DNA from: an uncultured Actinomycetes bacterium
GTDB lineage: Bacteria > Actinomycetota > Thermoleophilia > UBA2241
Direction: 5' to 3'
Assembly: GCA_963709345.1 (NCBI GenBank)
Contig: CAVPVX010000011.1
Location: forward strand, 288,001-352,000
Length of the DNA stretch: 64,000 nucleotides
Every line of letters starts with the position of its first letter. The first letter of the stretch is position 1. This document shows positions 53,131 through 64,000 of this stretch, in pieces. The translations under genes were made by a program, and so were the position numbers. The notes under the pieces are model-generated. The model was not told the DNA's origin. It saw only the letters and a program-made list of their open reading frames with translations, and did not search any database.

Positions 53131-54036
53131 TCAACCGGAGGCGATGGCCTTGCTGACGGCGCGCACCAGCTCGCCGGCGGCGGCGCAGGCGGCGTCGGCG
53201 TCCGCGCTGCGGGACACGGCGTCGATGAGCGCGCTGCCGACGATCACGCCGTCGGCGAGAGCCGCTACGCGAGCCGCCTGCTCCGGCGTCGAGATCCCGA
53301 AGCCCACGGCGAGCGGCGCGTCCGTGCGCTCGCGCAACCGGCCGACGAGTGCGGGCAGTTCGTCGCCGAGCTCGGTCCGGGCGCCGGTGACGCCGGTCAC
53401 CGCGACGCAGTAGATGAAGGACGTTGCCGCCTCCGCGACCAGGTCGAGCCGCGCGGCGGTGCTCGTCGGCGTGGCCATAGGCACCAGCGACACGCCGTGC
53501 GCGCCGGCGAGCGCGGCGAGGCCGCCGGCGTCGGCCGCGAGAGCGGCCGGCGGTCCGGCGGCCTCGTCGAGCGGCAGGTCGGGGATCACCAGCGCCTCGA
53601 CGCCGGCGGCGGACGCCCGTGCGAAGAAGTCCGCCGGTCCGGCGGCCAGAACCGAGTTCAGGTAGGTGAGCAGCACGAACGGCGCCGAGCCGGCGTGCGC
53701 CGCCGCCAGGCCCAGGACGTCGTCGGGAGTGACGCCGGCCTCGAGAGCCGCGTGCGTCGATCGCTGCACGACCGGCCCGTCGGCGATGGGGTCGGAGAAC
53801 GGCACCCCCAGCTCGACGATGTCGGCGCCGGCGGCGACCAGCTCTGCAACCAGCCGGTCGCTGGTCGCCCGGTCCGGATGGCCTCCGGTCAGGTAAGGGA
53901 TGAGCGCGGCGCGCCGCGCCTGCGGCGCGGCGAAGGCGCGGGCGAGACGTGGAGCCAGGCGAGGTCGCGGCGTCGGCTCTCCGGCCGGCTCGGCGGCGGG
54001 CTCCTCGTGCGACGGTGGCAGCTTGCGCACGCTCAC
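53131..54036 (-). CDS. trpA: Tryptophan synthase alpha
   Basis: [34 protein letters not shown]. Confidence 0.96.
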   Translation of the reverse strand: MSVRKLPPSHEEPAAEPAGEPTPRPRLAPRLARAFAAPQARRAALIPYLTGGHPDRATSDRLVAELVAAGADIVELGVPFSDPIADGPVVQRSTHAALEAGVTPDDVLGLAAAHAGSAPFVLLTYLNSVLAAGPADFFARASAAGVEALVIPDLPLDEAAGPPAALAADAGGLAALAGAHGVSLVPMATPTSTAARLDLVAEAATSFIYCVAVTGVTGARTELGDELPALVGRLRERTDAPLAVGFGISTPEQAARVAALADGVIVGSALIDAVSRSADADAACAAAGELVRAVSKAIASG

Positions 54037-55295
54037 GACGTCACCCCCAGGAGTCGCCCGGCTTCGTAGACGTCTTTGTCTCCTCGTCCGGAGAGGTTGA
54101 CGATGATGAGGTCGCCGCGGGCGAAGCGCGTTGCGGCGGGGTCAAAGTCCGCGGCTTCGCCCGGGATCGTGAAGCGGCCGGTCTCGGAGGGGGAGGGCGC
54201 CGTCGGCTCGGCGGCGGACGGGCCGCGCAGAACGTAGGCGACGGCGTGGGCGCTCTCCAGGGCCGGGATGATGCCTTCGAGTTCGGAGAGCGTGCGGAAG
54301 GCCGCGAGCGCTTCGTCGTCGGTGGCGGCGGCGTAGGCCGCCCGGCCCGAGTCCTTGAGCCACGAGTGCTCGGGCCCTACGCCGGGGTAGTCGAGCCCGG
54401 CCGACACCGAGTGGGCCTCCGCGACCTGTCCCCAGGCATCCTGCAGCAGGTAGCTGAAGGAGCCGTGCAGGACGCCGGGCGTGCCCTTGGCGAGCGGTGC
54501 GCCGTGACGCGCATCCAGGCCCTCGCCGGCGGCTTCCACGCCGGTGAGGCGCACGGCGGCGAGGTCGCGGAACGCGTGGAAGATGCCCATCGCGTTGGAG
54601 CCGCCGCCGACGCAGGCGACGACCTCGTCGGGGAGGTGGCCGAAGCGCTCGCGGACCTGGGCGATCGTCTCGGCACCGATCACCGCCTGGAAGTCGCGGA
54701 CCATCGCCGGGTACGGCGCCGGCCCGGCGACCGAGCCGATCACGTAGAAGGTCTCGCGGACGTTGGTCACCCAGTCGCGCAGCGCCTCGTTCATGGCGTC
54801 CTTGAGCGTGCGTGAGCCGCTCTCGACCGGCACGACCTCGGCGCCGAGCAGGCGCATGCGCACGACGTTGAGGTCCTGGCGGCGCACGTCCTCGGCGCCC
54901 ATGTACACAGCGCACTCGAGGTCGAGCAGAGCGCACGCCGTCGCCGTGGCGACGCCGTGCTGGCCGGCCCCGGTCTCGGCGATCACGCGTCGCTTGCCCA
55001 TGCGACGCGCCAGCAGCGCCTGGCCGAGCACGTTGTTGATCTTGTGGGCGCCCGTGTGGCACAGGTCCTCGCGCTTGAGCAGGATCGTCGCGCCGCAGCG
55101 CTCGCTGAGGCGCTCGGCGTGGTAGAGGGGCGTGGGCCGGCCGGCGTAGTCGGCGAGCAGGCCGTCCAGGGCTGCCTGGAAGGCGAGGTCGTCTCGCGCC
55201 TCCTCGTACGCCGCCGTGAGCTCGTCGAGCGCCGGGATCAGCGTCTCGGGGACGAAGCGCCCGCCATACGGGCCGAACCGTGTCTCTGTCGTCAT
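54033..55295 (-). CDS. trpB: Tryptophan synthase beta
   Basis: [31 protein letters not shown]. Confidence 0.97.
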   Translation of the reverse strand: MTTETRFGPYGGRFVPETLIPALDELTAAYEEARDDLAFQAALDGLLADYAGRPTPLYHAERLSERCGATILLKREDLCHTGAHKINNVLGQALLARRMGKRRVIAETGAGQHGVATATACALLDLECAVYMGAEDVRRQDLNVVRMRLLGAEVVPVESGSRTLKDAMNEALRDWVTNVRETFYVIGSVAGPAPYPAMVRDFQAVIGAETIAQVRERFGHLPDEVVACVGGGSNAMGIFHAFRDLAAVRLTGVEAAGEGLDARHGAPLAKGTPGVLHGSFSYLLQDAWGQVAEAHSVSAGLDYPGVGPEHSWLKDSGRAAYAAATDDEALAAFRTLSELEGIIPALESAHAVAYVLRGPSAAEPTAPSPSETGRFTIPGEAADFDPAATRFARGDLIIVNLSGRGDKDVYEAGRLLGVTS

Positions 55296-55954
55296 CGCGA
55301 AGCGCCTCCACGCCGTGGGTTCCCGTCGCCGGTCGTCTTATCAGCCTGTACCACCGCGGTGAAGAACTCACGCAGCAAGGCCGGGTCCTTGAGGCCGGGC
55401 GCCGACTCGACGCCGCTCGACACGTCGACGACGAGGGGGCGCAGTGCCGCGATGGCCTCACCGACGTTGGCCGGCGTGAGGCCGCCGGCGAGCAGCAGCT
55501 TGTCGCGCGGCGTCTCCGGGCGCTGCGCGAGGCCGGCCCAGTCCAGCGTCTCGCCTGTACCACCGTAGCGGCCGGGGAGGCGCGAGTCGAGCAGGACCAT
55601 ATCGGCGTCGCCGGCGCCCGGGGTGTCCCAAGCGGCGATGACGAGTGGGCGCGGCCGCAGATCGGCCGTCGCCGCCCGGACATCGGCCACGCCGGGGCCG
55701 TCGGCTCCACCCGCGAGCTGCACCGCCTTGAGTCCCGCGAAGCCGATCACCTCGGCGATCCACGCCGCGCTCTCGGTGGCTACCACCCCGACCGTCAGGG
55801 CGTCCTCGACGTCACCGGCCAGCCAGCAGGCTCGCTCGGGCGAGAGCTGCCGGGGGCTCGGGCAGAGGATGAAGCCGCAGGCGCAGGCGCCCAGGGTGAC
55901 GGCGGCATGCACGTCGCCGTCCCGCGTGAGCCCGCAGACCTTGACGAGTGTCAT
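55292..55954 (-). CDS. trpF: Phosphoribosylanthranilate isomerase
   Basis: VKVCGL, GGTG, LAGGL, DVSSGVE. Confidence 0.93.
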   Translation of the reverse strand: MTLVKVCGLTRDGDVHAAVTLGACACGFILCPSPRQLSPERACWLAGDVEDALTVGVVATESAAWIAEVIGFAGLKAVQLAGGADGPGVADVRAATADLRPRPLVIAAWDTPGAGDADMVLLDSRLPGRYGGTGETLDWAGLAQRPETPRDKLLLAGGLTPANVGEAIAALRPLVVDVSSGVESAPGLKDPALLREFFTAVVQADKTTGDGNPRRGGASR

Positions 55955-56826
55955 CGCTGCATCCCCGGGCGCTTGAGAGCCGCAACGAGCGCGGGGAGCT
56001 CGGCCGTCGTCGCGCCCACAAGGGTCTCGCCGACGAGCACGGCGCGCGCTCCGGCCGTCGCCGCACGGCGGGCCTCCGCGGGGCCGGCGATGCCACTCTC
56101 GCTCACCGGCAGGGCGTGCCCGGCCATGGCCGGTACGAGCCGCTCGGTCGTGCGCAGGTCGACGGCGAGTGTGCGCAGATCCCGGTTGTTCACGCCGATC
56201 AGCGTGGCGCCGGCCGCCTCCGCGCTGCGCAGGTCGTCACAGTCGTGGACCTCGACCAGCGCGTCGAGGCCGCAGTCGCGGCACTCGTCGAGGAGCAGCC
56301 GCAGGCCGTCGGCGGGGAGCGCGACGGCGATGAGCAGAACGGCCGCCGCACCCGCGTCCGCCGCCTCCCGGATCTGGTACGGGTCGATGATGAAGTCCTT
56401 GCGGAGCACCGGAAGGTCGACGGCCGCGGCGACGGCGCGCAGGTCGTCGAGGGACCCGCCGAAGCGCTCCGGCTCCGTGAGCACGGAGACGGCGTCGGCG
56501 CCGGCGGCGGCGTAGGCTCGGGCCTGAGCGACCGCGTCGAGGCCGGGGGCGAGGTCACCCTTGCTCGGGGAGCGGCGCTTGATCTCGGCGATGAGCGCCA
56601 GTGTAGGCGCGCCGCCGGTCGCACCGGACCAGCTGGGCCAGACGGGCCGCGCGAGCGCGGCGCGAAGGCGGCCCGGCTCGCCCGGGCGGCTCGGCGGCCC
56701 GAGTGGCGTGCGACTGCGAGCCGCCGCCACGCGGGCACGGGCGCCGGCCACCATGGCGGCGAGGAAGTCCTCGCCCGGGTGAGCTCCGGTGGACGCGCGC
56801 GGAGCCTGCGCGCCGGCCGCGCTCAC
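55951..56826 (-). CDS. trpC: Indole-3-glycerol phosphate synthase
   Basis: IAEIKRRSPSKG, LRKDFI, GVNNRDL, SESGI. Confidence 0.95.
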   Translation of the reverse strand: MSAAGAQAPRASTGAHPGEDFLAAMVAGARARVAAARSRTPLGPPSRPGEPGRLRAALARPVWPSWSGATGGAPTLALIAEIKRRSPSKGDLAPGLDAVAQARAYAAAGADAVSVLTEPERFGGSLDDLRAVAAAVDLPVLRKDFIIDPYQIREAADAGAAAVLLIAVALPADGLRLLLDECRDCGLDALVEVHDCDDLRSAEAAGATLIGVNNRDLRTLAVDLRTTERLVPAMAGHALPVSESGIAGPAEARRAATAGARAVLVGETLVGATTAELPALVAALKRPGMQR

Positions 56827-57859
56827 GTTCGCCCTCCGGCGAGCCGGCGGGTGGTCGCGACGAGGGCGGCGAGCTTGTCGCGGGCGGCGCCGGAGGCGAC
56901 CGCCGCCCTCGCCCGATCGACGCCTTCGGCGATACTGCCGGCGGCCTCCGCGATGTAGAGAGCCGCGCCGGCGTTGAGCAGCACGATGTCGAGCCGCGCG
57001 CCCTCCGCGCCGTCGAGGACGGCGCGGAGGTGGCCGGCGTTCTCGGCGGCGTCGCCGCCGAGCAGTTCGCCGAGCCGTGCGCGCCGCAGCCCGAACTCCT
57101 CCGGTGCGACCTCGTAGTGCACGTCGTAGCCCTGGCCGGCGAAGACCTCCACCACAGTCGTGGGGCACGTCGTCGAGATCTCGTCGAGCCCGTCGTCACT
57201 GTGCACGACGAGATTGCGGTCGTTACCCATCAGGCGGACCGCCTGGGCGATGCGCTCCACGTAGCGGGCGTCGGCGACACCGATCAGCTGATGCCGGGCT
57301 CCGGCCGGGTTGGTGAGCGGCCCGATGAGGTTGAACGTCGTCGCCATGCCCATCTCACGGCGCACTGGCGCCACGTGCTTCATGGCGAGGTGGTGCCGAG
57401 GGGCGAACATGAAGCCGATGCCGCACTCGGCGATGCACCGGCTCACCCGCACCGGGCGCCAGGTCGATGGCGACGCCCAGCGCCTCGAGCACGTCGGCGC
57501 TGCCGCAGCGGCTCGTGGCAGAGCGGTTGCCGTGCTTGGCCACGGTCACGCCGGCGCCGGCTGCGACGAGGGCGGCGGCGGTCGAGATGTTGAACGTCCC
57601 CGCGTTGTCCCCGCCGGTGCCGCAGGTGTCGAGGATCACGTCGGCGTCGACCTCCACCTTCTCCGAGAGCTCGGCCATGCCGCGCGCCATCCCCACGATC
57701 TCCTCGGCGGTCTCGCCCTTGACGCGCAGAGCGCTGAGAAATGCGGCCGTCTGCGCGTCGCCGGCACGGCCGCCCATGATCTCGAGCAGTACGGCCCGGG
57801 CGTCCGCCTCGCGGAGGTCGCGTCCGGAGGCCAGCTCGCGCAGTGCGGCCGTCAGGACG

Positions 57860-57870
<11 letters not shown>
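56823..57870 (-). CDS. trpD: Anthranilate phosphoribosyltransferase; one frameshift near 57450
   Basis: DTCGTGGD, NIST, KHGNRS in one frame; FAP..H, GP..NP, DGLDE in the next. Confidence 0.9.
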
Positions 57871-58564
<694 letters not shown>

Positions 58565-58566
58565 GG

Positions 58567-60138
58567 TCAGCCTCCTTCGCCGAACTGGTCGTGGGCCAGG
58601 TCGACGGCGCGCAGGAGCGCCGCGGCCTTGTTCTGCGTCTCTTCGTACTCCCTCGCCGGAACGGAGTCGGCGACGATGCCGGCGCCGGCTTGCATGTGCG
58701 CGACGCCGTCCTTGACGAGCACCGTGCGGATGCAGATGGCGGTGTCGAGGTCGCCGCCGTAGCTGAGGTAGCCGATGGCGCCGGCGTAGGGACCGCGACG
58801 CACCGTCTCGAGCTCGTCGACGATCTGCATGGCGCGGACTTTGGGGGCGCCGCTCACGGTGCCTGCGGGGAAGGCCGCCTTGAGCGCATCGGTCGGCTCG
58901 ACCCCCGGCGCCAGCGTTCCGCTCACCGAGGAGACCATGTGGATGACGTGCGAGTACAACTCCATTCCCATGAAGTCATCTACCCGGACGCTGCCCGGGA
59001 CGCACACGCGGCCGAGGTCGTTGCGGCCGAGGTCGACCAGCATCACGTGCTCGGCGCGCTCCTTCTCGTCGGCGCGCAGGTCGTCGATGAGGCGCCGGTC
59101 CTCGGCGGGGCTCGCGCCTCGCCGCCGGGTGCCGGCGATCGGTCGCGTCTCGACGTGGTCGCCCTGCACGGTGATCAGAGGTTCCGGGCTGGAGCCGCAG
59201 AGAGCGAAGTCGTCGAAGGCGATGTAGTAGAGGTACGGGCTCGGGTTCACGGCCCGGAGGCCGCGATAGATCGAGAACGGCGAGACGTCGGCCGGCGTGC
59301 TGAAGCGCTGGGACAGCACGACCTGGAAGGCGTCGCCGTCGTAGATGTACTCGCGGATGCGCTCGACACCGGCTTCGTAACGCTCGCGGGTCATGGACGA
59401 GGTGACCGGCCGCGAGAGGGCGGGCTCGCCTGCGGCCGCCCGCCCCGCCCCGCCTGCCTCGGGGGCGGTGGTCAGGCGGCCGGCGGCGCCGGCGGGCAGG
59501 GGCGCGGCCAGCTTCTCGCGCACGTCGGCGATGCGTTCGAGCGCGCGCTCGTAGGGCCCGTCGACGTCGCGGCCCTCCACGAACGCGTTGGCGACGATCG
59601 TGATGCAGTGCTTGAGGTGATCGAAGACGAGCACCGTGTCCGCGAGCAGAAAGGCCATCTCGGGGAGGCCGAGGTCGTCCGGCGGCGCGTCGGGCAAGTT
59701 CTCCAGCCGTCGCACCAGGTCGTAGCCGAAGTAGCCGACGAGACCGCCGGCGAGCGGAGGCAGGGCGGCGGCTGCGCCGCCGCCCACCTCGCCGCTCGCC
59801 GGCGGCCGGTAGCTGCGCATGAGGTCGGCGACGGCGGTGAAGGGGTCGTCGTGCTCGACCTCGAGCCGGTCGCCGTTCTCCCGGACGATCAGGCGCCCGT
59901 CCGCGTAGGTCACGAGGGCGCGGGCGCCGACGCCGAGGAACGAGTAGCGGCCGAGGTGCCGGCCTTGCTCGGCGCTCTCCAGGAGGAAGCTGCGGCGCGG
60001 CGCGCCGAGCTTGAGAAAGGCGGAGACGGGCGTCTCGAGGTCGGAAACGAACGAGTGGGTGACGGGCAGGACGTTATGCGCCAGAGCGAGGCGGCGAGCC
60101 TCGTCTAGCTGCGGTGTGACTCGTATGTCCTTTGCCAC
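58567..60138 (-). CDS. trpE: Anthranilate synthase component I
   Basis: LLES, NPSPY, PIAGT, EH.MLVDL.RND, GT.SGAPK, AGAGIV.DS; start ambiguous. Confidence 0.95.
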   Translation of the reverse strand: MAKDIRVTPQLDEARRLALAHNVLPVTHSFVSDLETPVSAFLKLGAPRRSFLLESAEQGRHLGRYSFLGVGARALVTYADGRLIVRENGDRLEVEHDDPFTAVADLMRSYRPPASGEVGGGAAAALPPLAGGLVGYFGYDLVRRLENLPDAPPDDLGLPEMAFLLADTVLVFDHLKHCITIVANAFVEGRDVDGPYERALERIADVREKLAAPLPAGAAGRLTTAPEAGGAGRAAAGEPALSRPVTSSMTRERYEAGVERIREYIYDGDAFQVVLSQRFSTPADVSPFSIYRGLRAVNPSPYLYYIAFDDFALCGSSPEPLITVQGDHVETRPIAGTRRRGASPAEDRRLIDDLRADEKERAEHVMLVDLGRNDLGRVCVPGSVRVDDFMGMELYSHVIHMVSSVSGTLAPGVEPTDALKAAFPAGTVSGAPKVRAMQIVDELETVRRGPYAGAIGYLSYGGDLDTAICIRTVLVKDGVAHMQAGAGIVADSVPAREYEETQNKAAALLRAVDLAHDQFGEGG

Positions 60139-60218
60139 GGGCCAATCATGTGACACCTCCGGTGAGCACTCGGCCCAACGTCGTCACGCGCTCGCCGTTC
60201 CGGCAAGCGGTGGTGGAA

Positions 60219-60247
60219 ACGGTAGGACAGCGGGGGAGACGTGTCAA
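60219..60247 (-). promoter_or_regulatory. sigma70-type promoter of trp operon
   Basis: TTGACA-17 bp-TACCGT on the minus strand. Confidence 0.65.
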
Positions 60248-60360
60248 CCGCGCCAGTGAACGATGCCGGACGGACGGGAAGGCGTGCATCACCGCGCGGG
60301 CGCGCGGGCCGCGTCCATCGTAGGCTTCCGGCACGATCAGGCTGTAAGGAGACCGAGACG

Positions 60361-60505
60361 ATGGAGTTCGAGAGCGTCATCCGCGGTCGGTGCGGCATCC
60401 GCGCGTACACGCCCGAGCCGGACGCCCCTGCGAAGACCTTCGAGCAGTCGCGCGCCGACCTTGGGCGAGATCGTCACCTGGGTCTGCGTGAACCGCTTGG
60501 CCTGA
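60361..60505 (+). pseudogene. Nitroreductase remnant
   Basis: AAGGAG RBS; MEF..VI..R..IR.Y..EP N-terminus joined to an R..L.EIVTW-type C-terminus, with a frameshift. Confidence 0.6.
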
Positions 60506-60508
60506 GCG

Positions 60509-61990
60509 ATGGATCTACTGCATCGAATCACGGCCGAGGACGCCCACCGGCGCCGCTGGCAGCTCCTCGTGCTCACGTCGGTCGGCGCCTTCATGGGGCC
60601 ACTGGACGGCTCCATCGTCTCGGTGGCGCTGCCGGCCATCGGCCCGGACCTGCGCCTCAGCTACGCCGCCGGGCTCTGGGTCCAGGCGGCGTACCTGCTG
60701 GCCACCGCCGTGCTGCTGATCCCACTTGGCCGGCTGGCCGACATCTATGGGCGCGTGCGCTTCTACCTGCTCGGCATCGTCGTCTTCACGCTGGGCTCGC
60801 TGCTGGCGGTGGTCAGCATGAACGGCGCCTGGCTCATCGGCAGCCGGGTCGTGCAAGGCGCCGGCGGCGCCCTCATGGTGGCGACCGCGGCCGCCATCGT
60901 CACCGCGGTCTTCCCGCCGCAGGAGCGAGGCCGGGCGCTCGGTATCAACGTGATGGCCGTCTATATCGGGCTCAGCGTCGGCCCGCCGCTCGGCGGCATG
61001 CTCGTCGACACGCTGGGCTGGCGTTGGATATTCCTCATCAACCTGCCGATCGGTGTGGTGGTGCTCCTCTGGGGCTGGTTCATGCTGCCGCGCTCCGAGC
61101 GGGATGAGGACGCGCCGCGCGTCGACTTCGCCGGCGCGGCGTTGCTCGGCACGTTCCTGGTCAGCCTGCTGGTGCCGCTGACCTTCGCGGCGCAGTGGGG
61201 GTGGGCGGCGCCTCTCACCATCGGCCTGCTGGCTCTCTCGGTGGCGGCGCTCGCCGGATTCATCGTCGTCGAGCGCCACGTGGTCTCGCCGGTCCTGGAC
61301 CTCGACCTGCTCGCGCACAACCGCCTCTTTGCCGCCGCCAACAGCGCCGCGCTGCTCAACTACATGGCGCTTTTCGGGATCAGCGTCCTGACGGCGATCT
61401 TCCTCCAGGTCGTGCAGGGGCGCTCCGCTGCACTGACCGGGTGGCTCATGCTCAGCCAGCCGTTGCTCATGGCGGTGCTCAGCCCGTTCAGCGGGCGCCT
61501 GAGCGACCGTATCGGGTCGCGAGTGCTCACGACCGGCGGCATGGTGGCGATCGCCGCCGGCATGATCTTGCTCGCGACAATGCCGGCCACCGTTCCGGTG
61601 TGGCGGGTCGCGGTGAACCTGAGCGTTGTCGGGCTGGGCATGGCGGCGTTCAGCGCACCCAACGCTTCGGCGATCATGGGAAGCGTTCGGCGCGACCAGC
61701 TCAGCGTGGCAGGCGCCGTGATGGGGACGATGCGCACCGCCGGCCAGGCGCTCAGTGTCGCGCTGCTGGGCGGCATCGCCGCCAGCCAGTTGGGACGGCT
61801 GGGCGGACGTCTGCTGTTCACGCACGGGCAGGGGGCGGAGGGCGTGGGCGTGGCAGGCCGAGCGATCGACTCGTTCGCGCAGGGCTACAGCTACGCCATG
61901 CTCGCGGGCGCCGGTCTCGCGTTGCTCGGCGCCCTCGTCTCGCTCACGCGCGGCGCGGCTCATGGCGCCGGCGCGGACGGCCGCGGCTGA
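60509..61990 (+). CDS. MFS DHA2 (EmrB/QacA-like) efflux transporter
   Basis: D..IV.VALP, GRLAD.YGR, GP.LGG, WRWIFLINLPIG; about 14 TMs. Confidence 0.92.
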   Translation: MDLLHRITAEDAHRRRWQLLVLTSVGAFMGPLDGSIVSVALPAIGPDLRLSYAAGLWVQAAYLLATAVLLIPLGRLADIYGRVRFYLLGIVVFTLGSLLAVVSMNGAWLIGSRVVQGAGGALMVATAAAIVTAVFPPQERGRALGINVMAVYIGLSVGPPLGGMLVDTLGWRWIFLINLPIGVVVLLWGWFMLPRSERDEDAPRVDFAGAALLGTFLVSLLVPLTFAAQWGWAAPLTIGLLALSVAALAGFIVVERHVVSPVLDLDLLAHNRLFAAANSAALLNYMALFGISVLTAIFLQVVQGRSAALTGWLMLSQPLLMAVLSPFSGRLSDRIGSRVLTTGGMVAIAAGMILLATMPATVPVWRVAVNLSVVGLGMAAFSAPNASAIMGSVRRDQLSVAGAVMGTMRTAGQALSVALLGGIAASQLGRLGGRLLFTHGQGAEGVGVAGRAIDSFAQGYSYAMLAGAGLALLGALVSLTRGAAHGAGADGRG

Positions 61991-62283
61991 GGCGAGCGCG
62001 GGAGTGCGCTCCGCGGGCGGCGCCCCCGCCGCCCTCCGGCGCCGCTCGCCGGCATCTGCCGGGCCACGGGAGCCGGCGCACAAGGTACAAGGGCTCGCGG
62101 CCCCGCGCGGTCCATGTGCGGCGCAAGTATCAGCCTAAGGTAGAGAGTTAGACTCCGGCGGGTCCGACCCGCCGGCCCGCGCCTATCCGGCTCCAGACGT
62201 GCGAGCGGGCCGGCGGGAGGCGCTGCGCACCCCGCCGGCCCGTCCCGCCCCGCTACGGGCGCGGGGCCGCTCGGCTTGGTCTC

Positions 62284-62655
62284 TCAGGTCCTGACCGGCT
62301 GGTACTGCGAGCTGCCGAACCCGAGGACGATGTACATGATCATGGGGAAGAGGATCAGCAGGATGCCGAACCCCACCCCGTGGCCGAAGTTCTTGGCAAC
62401 GTCGAGGGCGACGATGATCCACATGATGAAGTTCACGAACGGGATGAAGAACAGGATGAGCCACCAGCCCGGGCGCCCCGCCACCTTGACGAGCAGATAG
62501 GTGTTGTAGATGGGGATGATGGCTCCCCAGCCCGGCCTGCCTGCCTTGGCGAACGTGGCCCACATCCCGGCGATGGCGAGAACGAGGAAGACGATGTAGA
62601 TGATGAGCCAGGTCCCCGAGAAGTAGACCTGCGTGACGGTATCGGTGTTGTCCAC
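62284..62655 (-). CDS. DUF5684-like small membrane protein
   Basis: W..F.KAG.PGW..IIP.YN, AK.FG.G.GFG; AGGAGG RBS before GTG. Confidence 0.85.
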   Translation of the reverse strand: MDNTDTVTQVYFSGTWLIIYIVFLVLAIAGMWATFAKAGRPGWGAIIPIYNTYLLVKVAGRPGWWLILFFIPFVNFIMWIIVALDVAKNFGHGVGFGILLILFPMIMYIVLGFGSSQYQPVRT

Positions 62656-62829
62656 GATGCGCCCTCCTGAGTTCGCCCCTTGCCGCCAATCGACGGTCAA
62701 GGCAGTTCTACCCGCTGTACGACACTTGGACGCCTGCCTCGATACTCATCGCGGATAGGTACGGCGATCTTTGAGTGACGCATCGGCCGGGTGCCGGCCG
62801 CACAGGACCGGGGTGGCCGGTCACAGAGT

Positions 62830-62862
62830 GAGGGCCGGGGCTGCGTGGCAGCCCCGGCCCTC
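62830..62862 (-). terminator. Hairpin after upstream DUF5684 gene
   Basis: Perfect 15-bp stem GAGGGCCGGGGCTGC. Confidence 0.7.
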
Positions 62863-62887
62863 GGGCCGATCCGTGAGCGCCGTGACG

Positions 62888-63586
62888 CTACTGCAGCGGC
62901 GGTGGGGGAGGCGGAGGCGAGCCCGCGGGCGGTGCGGCCGGCGGTTCCTCAGCCGGCGGCGCCGGCGGCGCGCTCGGTGTGGTGTCGGCCGGCGGCGTGA
63001 CCGGCGGAGTCACCGGCGGCTGCGGAGTCACCGGCGGCTGCGGAGTGACCGGCGGCTGCGACGGTGCGGCCGGCGGGGCCGGCGGAGCCGGCGGCGGTGC
63101 ATACGTGCCCCCGGCGGGAGGAGGCGGCGGCGGCGCGGCGCCCATGCCGCCCGCGGGAGCCGCGACGGGACCGATGTACTGAGCGTCACCGAAGCCGAGG
63201 ATGGGCGCGAACACGAAGCTGAGCAGCCACAGGCCGATGCCGTAGCCGGTGCCCTTGCCGAAGCACTTGGCCATGTCGAGGCAGCCCATCAGGAAGAGGA
63301 CGAACATGAGGATCCCCAGCACGATGTTCACGATCGGCAACCACGACAGGAGGACGTAGGCGAGGAAGACCCAGAACCACCAGCGCGGACGGCCGATGAT
63401 CTCCACCCACACCCACCAGTTGTAAACGGGGATGATGGCGGCCCAGCCCGGCTTGCCGGCCTTGACGTACATCTTCCAGAGGCCGATGACAGCGACGACG
63501 TAGATCGCGATGATGACGATGATGTAGATCGCCAGCAACGCGCCGAGTCCGCCCGCCTCCACGTTGTAGTTGTATTCGTAGTCCAT
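62888..63586 (-). CDS. DUF5684-like membrane protein with Pro-rich tail
   Basis: Same motifs as the neighbour; AAGGAGG RBS; long Pro/Ala C-terminus. Confidence 0.88.
   Translation of the reverse strand: MDYEYNYNVEAGGLGALLAIYIIVIIAIYVVAVIGLWKMYVKAGKPGWAAIIPVYNWWVWVEIIGRPRWWFWVFLAYVLLSWLPIVNIVLGILMFVLFLMGCLDMAKCFGKGTGYGIGLWLLSFVFAPILGFGDAQYIGPVAAPAGGMGAAPPPPPPAGGTYAPPPAPPAPPAAPSQPPVTPQPPVTPQPPVTPPVTPPADTTPSAPPAPPAEEPPAAPPAGSPPPPPPPLQ
62989..63060 (-). repeat. Coding 18-bp tandem repeat (PPVTPQ) units
   Basis: About three CCGGCGGCTGCGGAGT(C/G)A units plus partial 12-bp units. Confidence 0.8.
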
Positions 63587-63792
63587 GGCTTCCTCCTTGA
63601 TGCCCTGACGCCTTCTCCGGCGCTCTCGTGGGTGTTCCCTACCCGCGACCTGCTTCCTGCCTGCCGTTTCTATCGGCCGGGCGTGGCCGGGCCTTCATTC
63701 CTCGGCAGCGCAGGCGGCGTTCGCGGTGGCATACTGAAGGGCGGTGATGAGTGACGCGTCAGCGCGGTGTGAAGACGACGGGAGGGGAGCGG

Positions 63793-64000
63793 ATGAGGGC
63801 GAACACTCCGAAGCGCATGGCGAGCGGTGTGTACCAGCTGGGCCTGGGGGGCGTGAACGTTTTCTTCGTCGAGCTCGACGACGGCGGCCTCGTGCTCGTC
63901 GATGCCGGCATCGAGCCGGGCGCGGAGCGCATCGGCGCGGGGGTGCGGGCGCTCGGCCGCGCGCCGAACGACGTTCGCGGCGTGGTGGTCACGCACCTGC
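63793..64000 (+). CDS. MBL-fold metallo-hydrolase, 5' part
   Basis: VNVFFV..LVLVDAG..VVVTHL (start of HxHxDH); runs off the window. Confidence 0.8.
   Translation, partial: MRANTPKRMASGVYQLGLGGVNVFFVELDDGGLVLVDAGIEPGAERIGAGVRALGRAPNDVRGVVVTHL

Noticed and set aside
60140-60250. T-box or classic trpL attenuator
   Set aside because: Leader about 70 nt; no GGUGGNACC T-box on the sense strand, no tandem Trp codons, no U-tailed terminator
62120-62180. Possible sRNA promoter (TAAGGT/TAGACT) between convergent genes
   Set aside because: Short AT-rich patch plus GC hairpins only; not enough to call a transcript
62989-63060. CRISPR-like array
   Set aside because: Spacerless in-frame coding repeat; no cas genes

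Overview
Very GC-rich chromosomal core region. Gene order suggests a deep-branching actinomycete (Thermoleophilia-like; inference only). Left to right: end of his operon (hisG-D-B-H-A-F), tsaC, phzF-like, rpiB-glyA-deaminase-wecA-like, and a complete F1Fo atp operon. Next is murA and a cell-envelope cluster: an active LCP, a degenerate LCP paralogue, a small secreted LAFTG sortase substrate, an O-antigen-ligase/TPR protein, ugd, two NDP-sugar pyrophosphorylases, PMM and PGI/PMI. Then a degenerate PNP-like gene, ahcY, mtnA, comF-hpf-secA, a 7-PAS/degenerate-GGDEF/EAL protein, prfB, and a small accessory patch with collapsed pseudogenes. The right part holds a DEAD-box helicase with a structured leader, tRNA-Val(GAC) followed by a fluoride riboswitch-crcB-DUF190 unit, the trp operon on the minus strand, an MFS pump, two DUF5684-like genes and a partial MBL hydrolase. 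No CRISPR, transposase or integrase was seen. Three single-base frameshifts, one in trpD, suggest residual assembly indel errors, so indel-dependent findings need read support. All calls come from reading motifs by eye; no searches were run.
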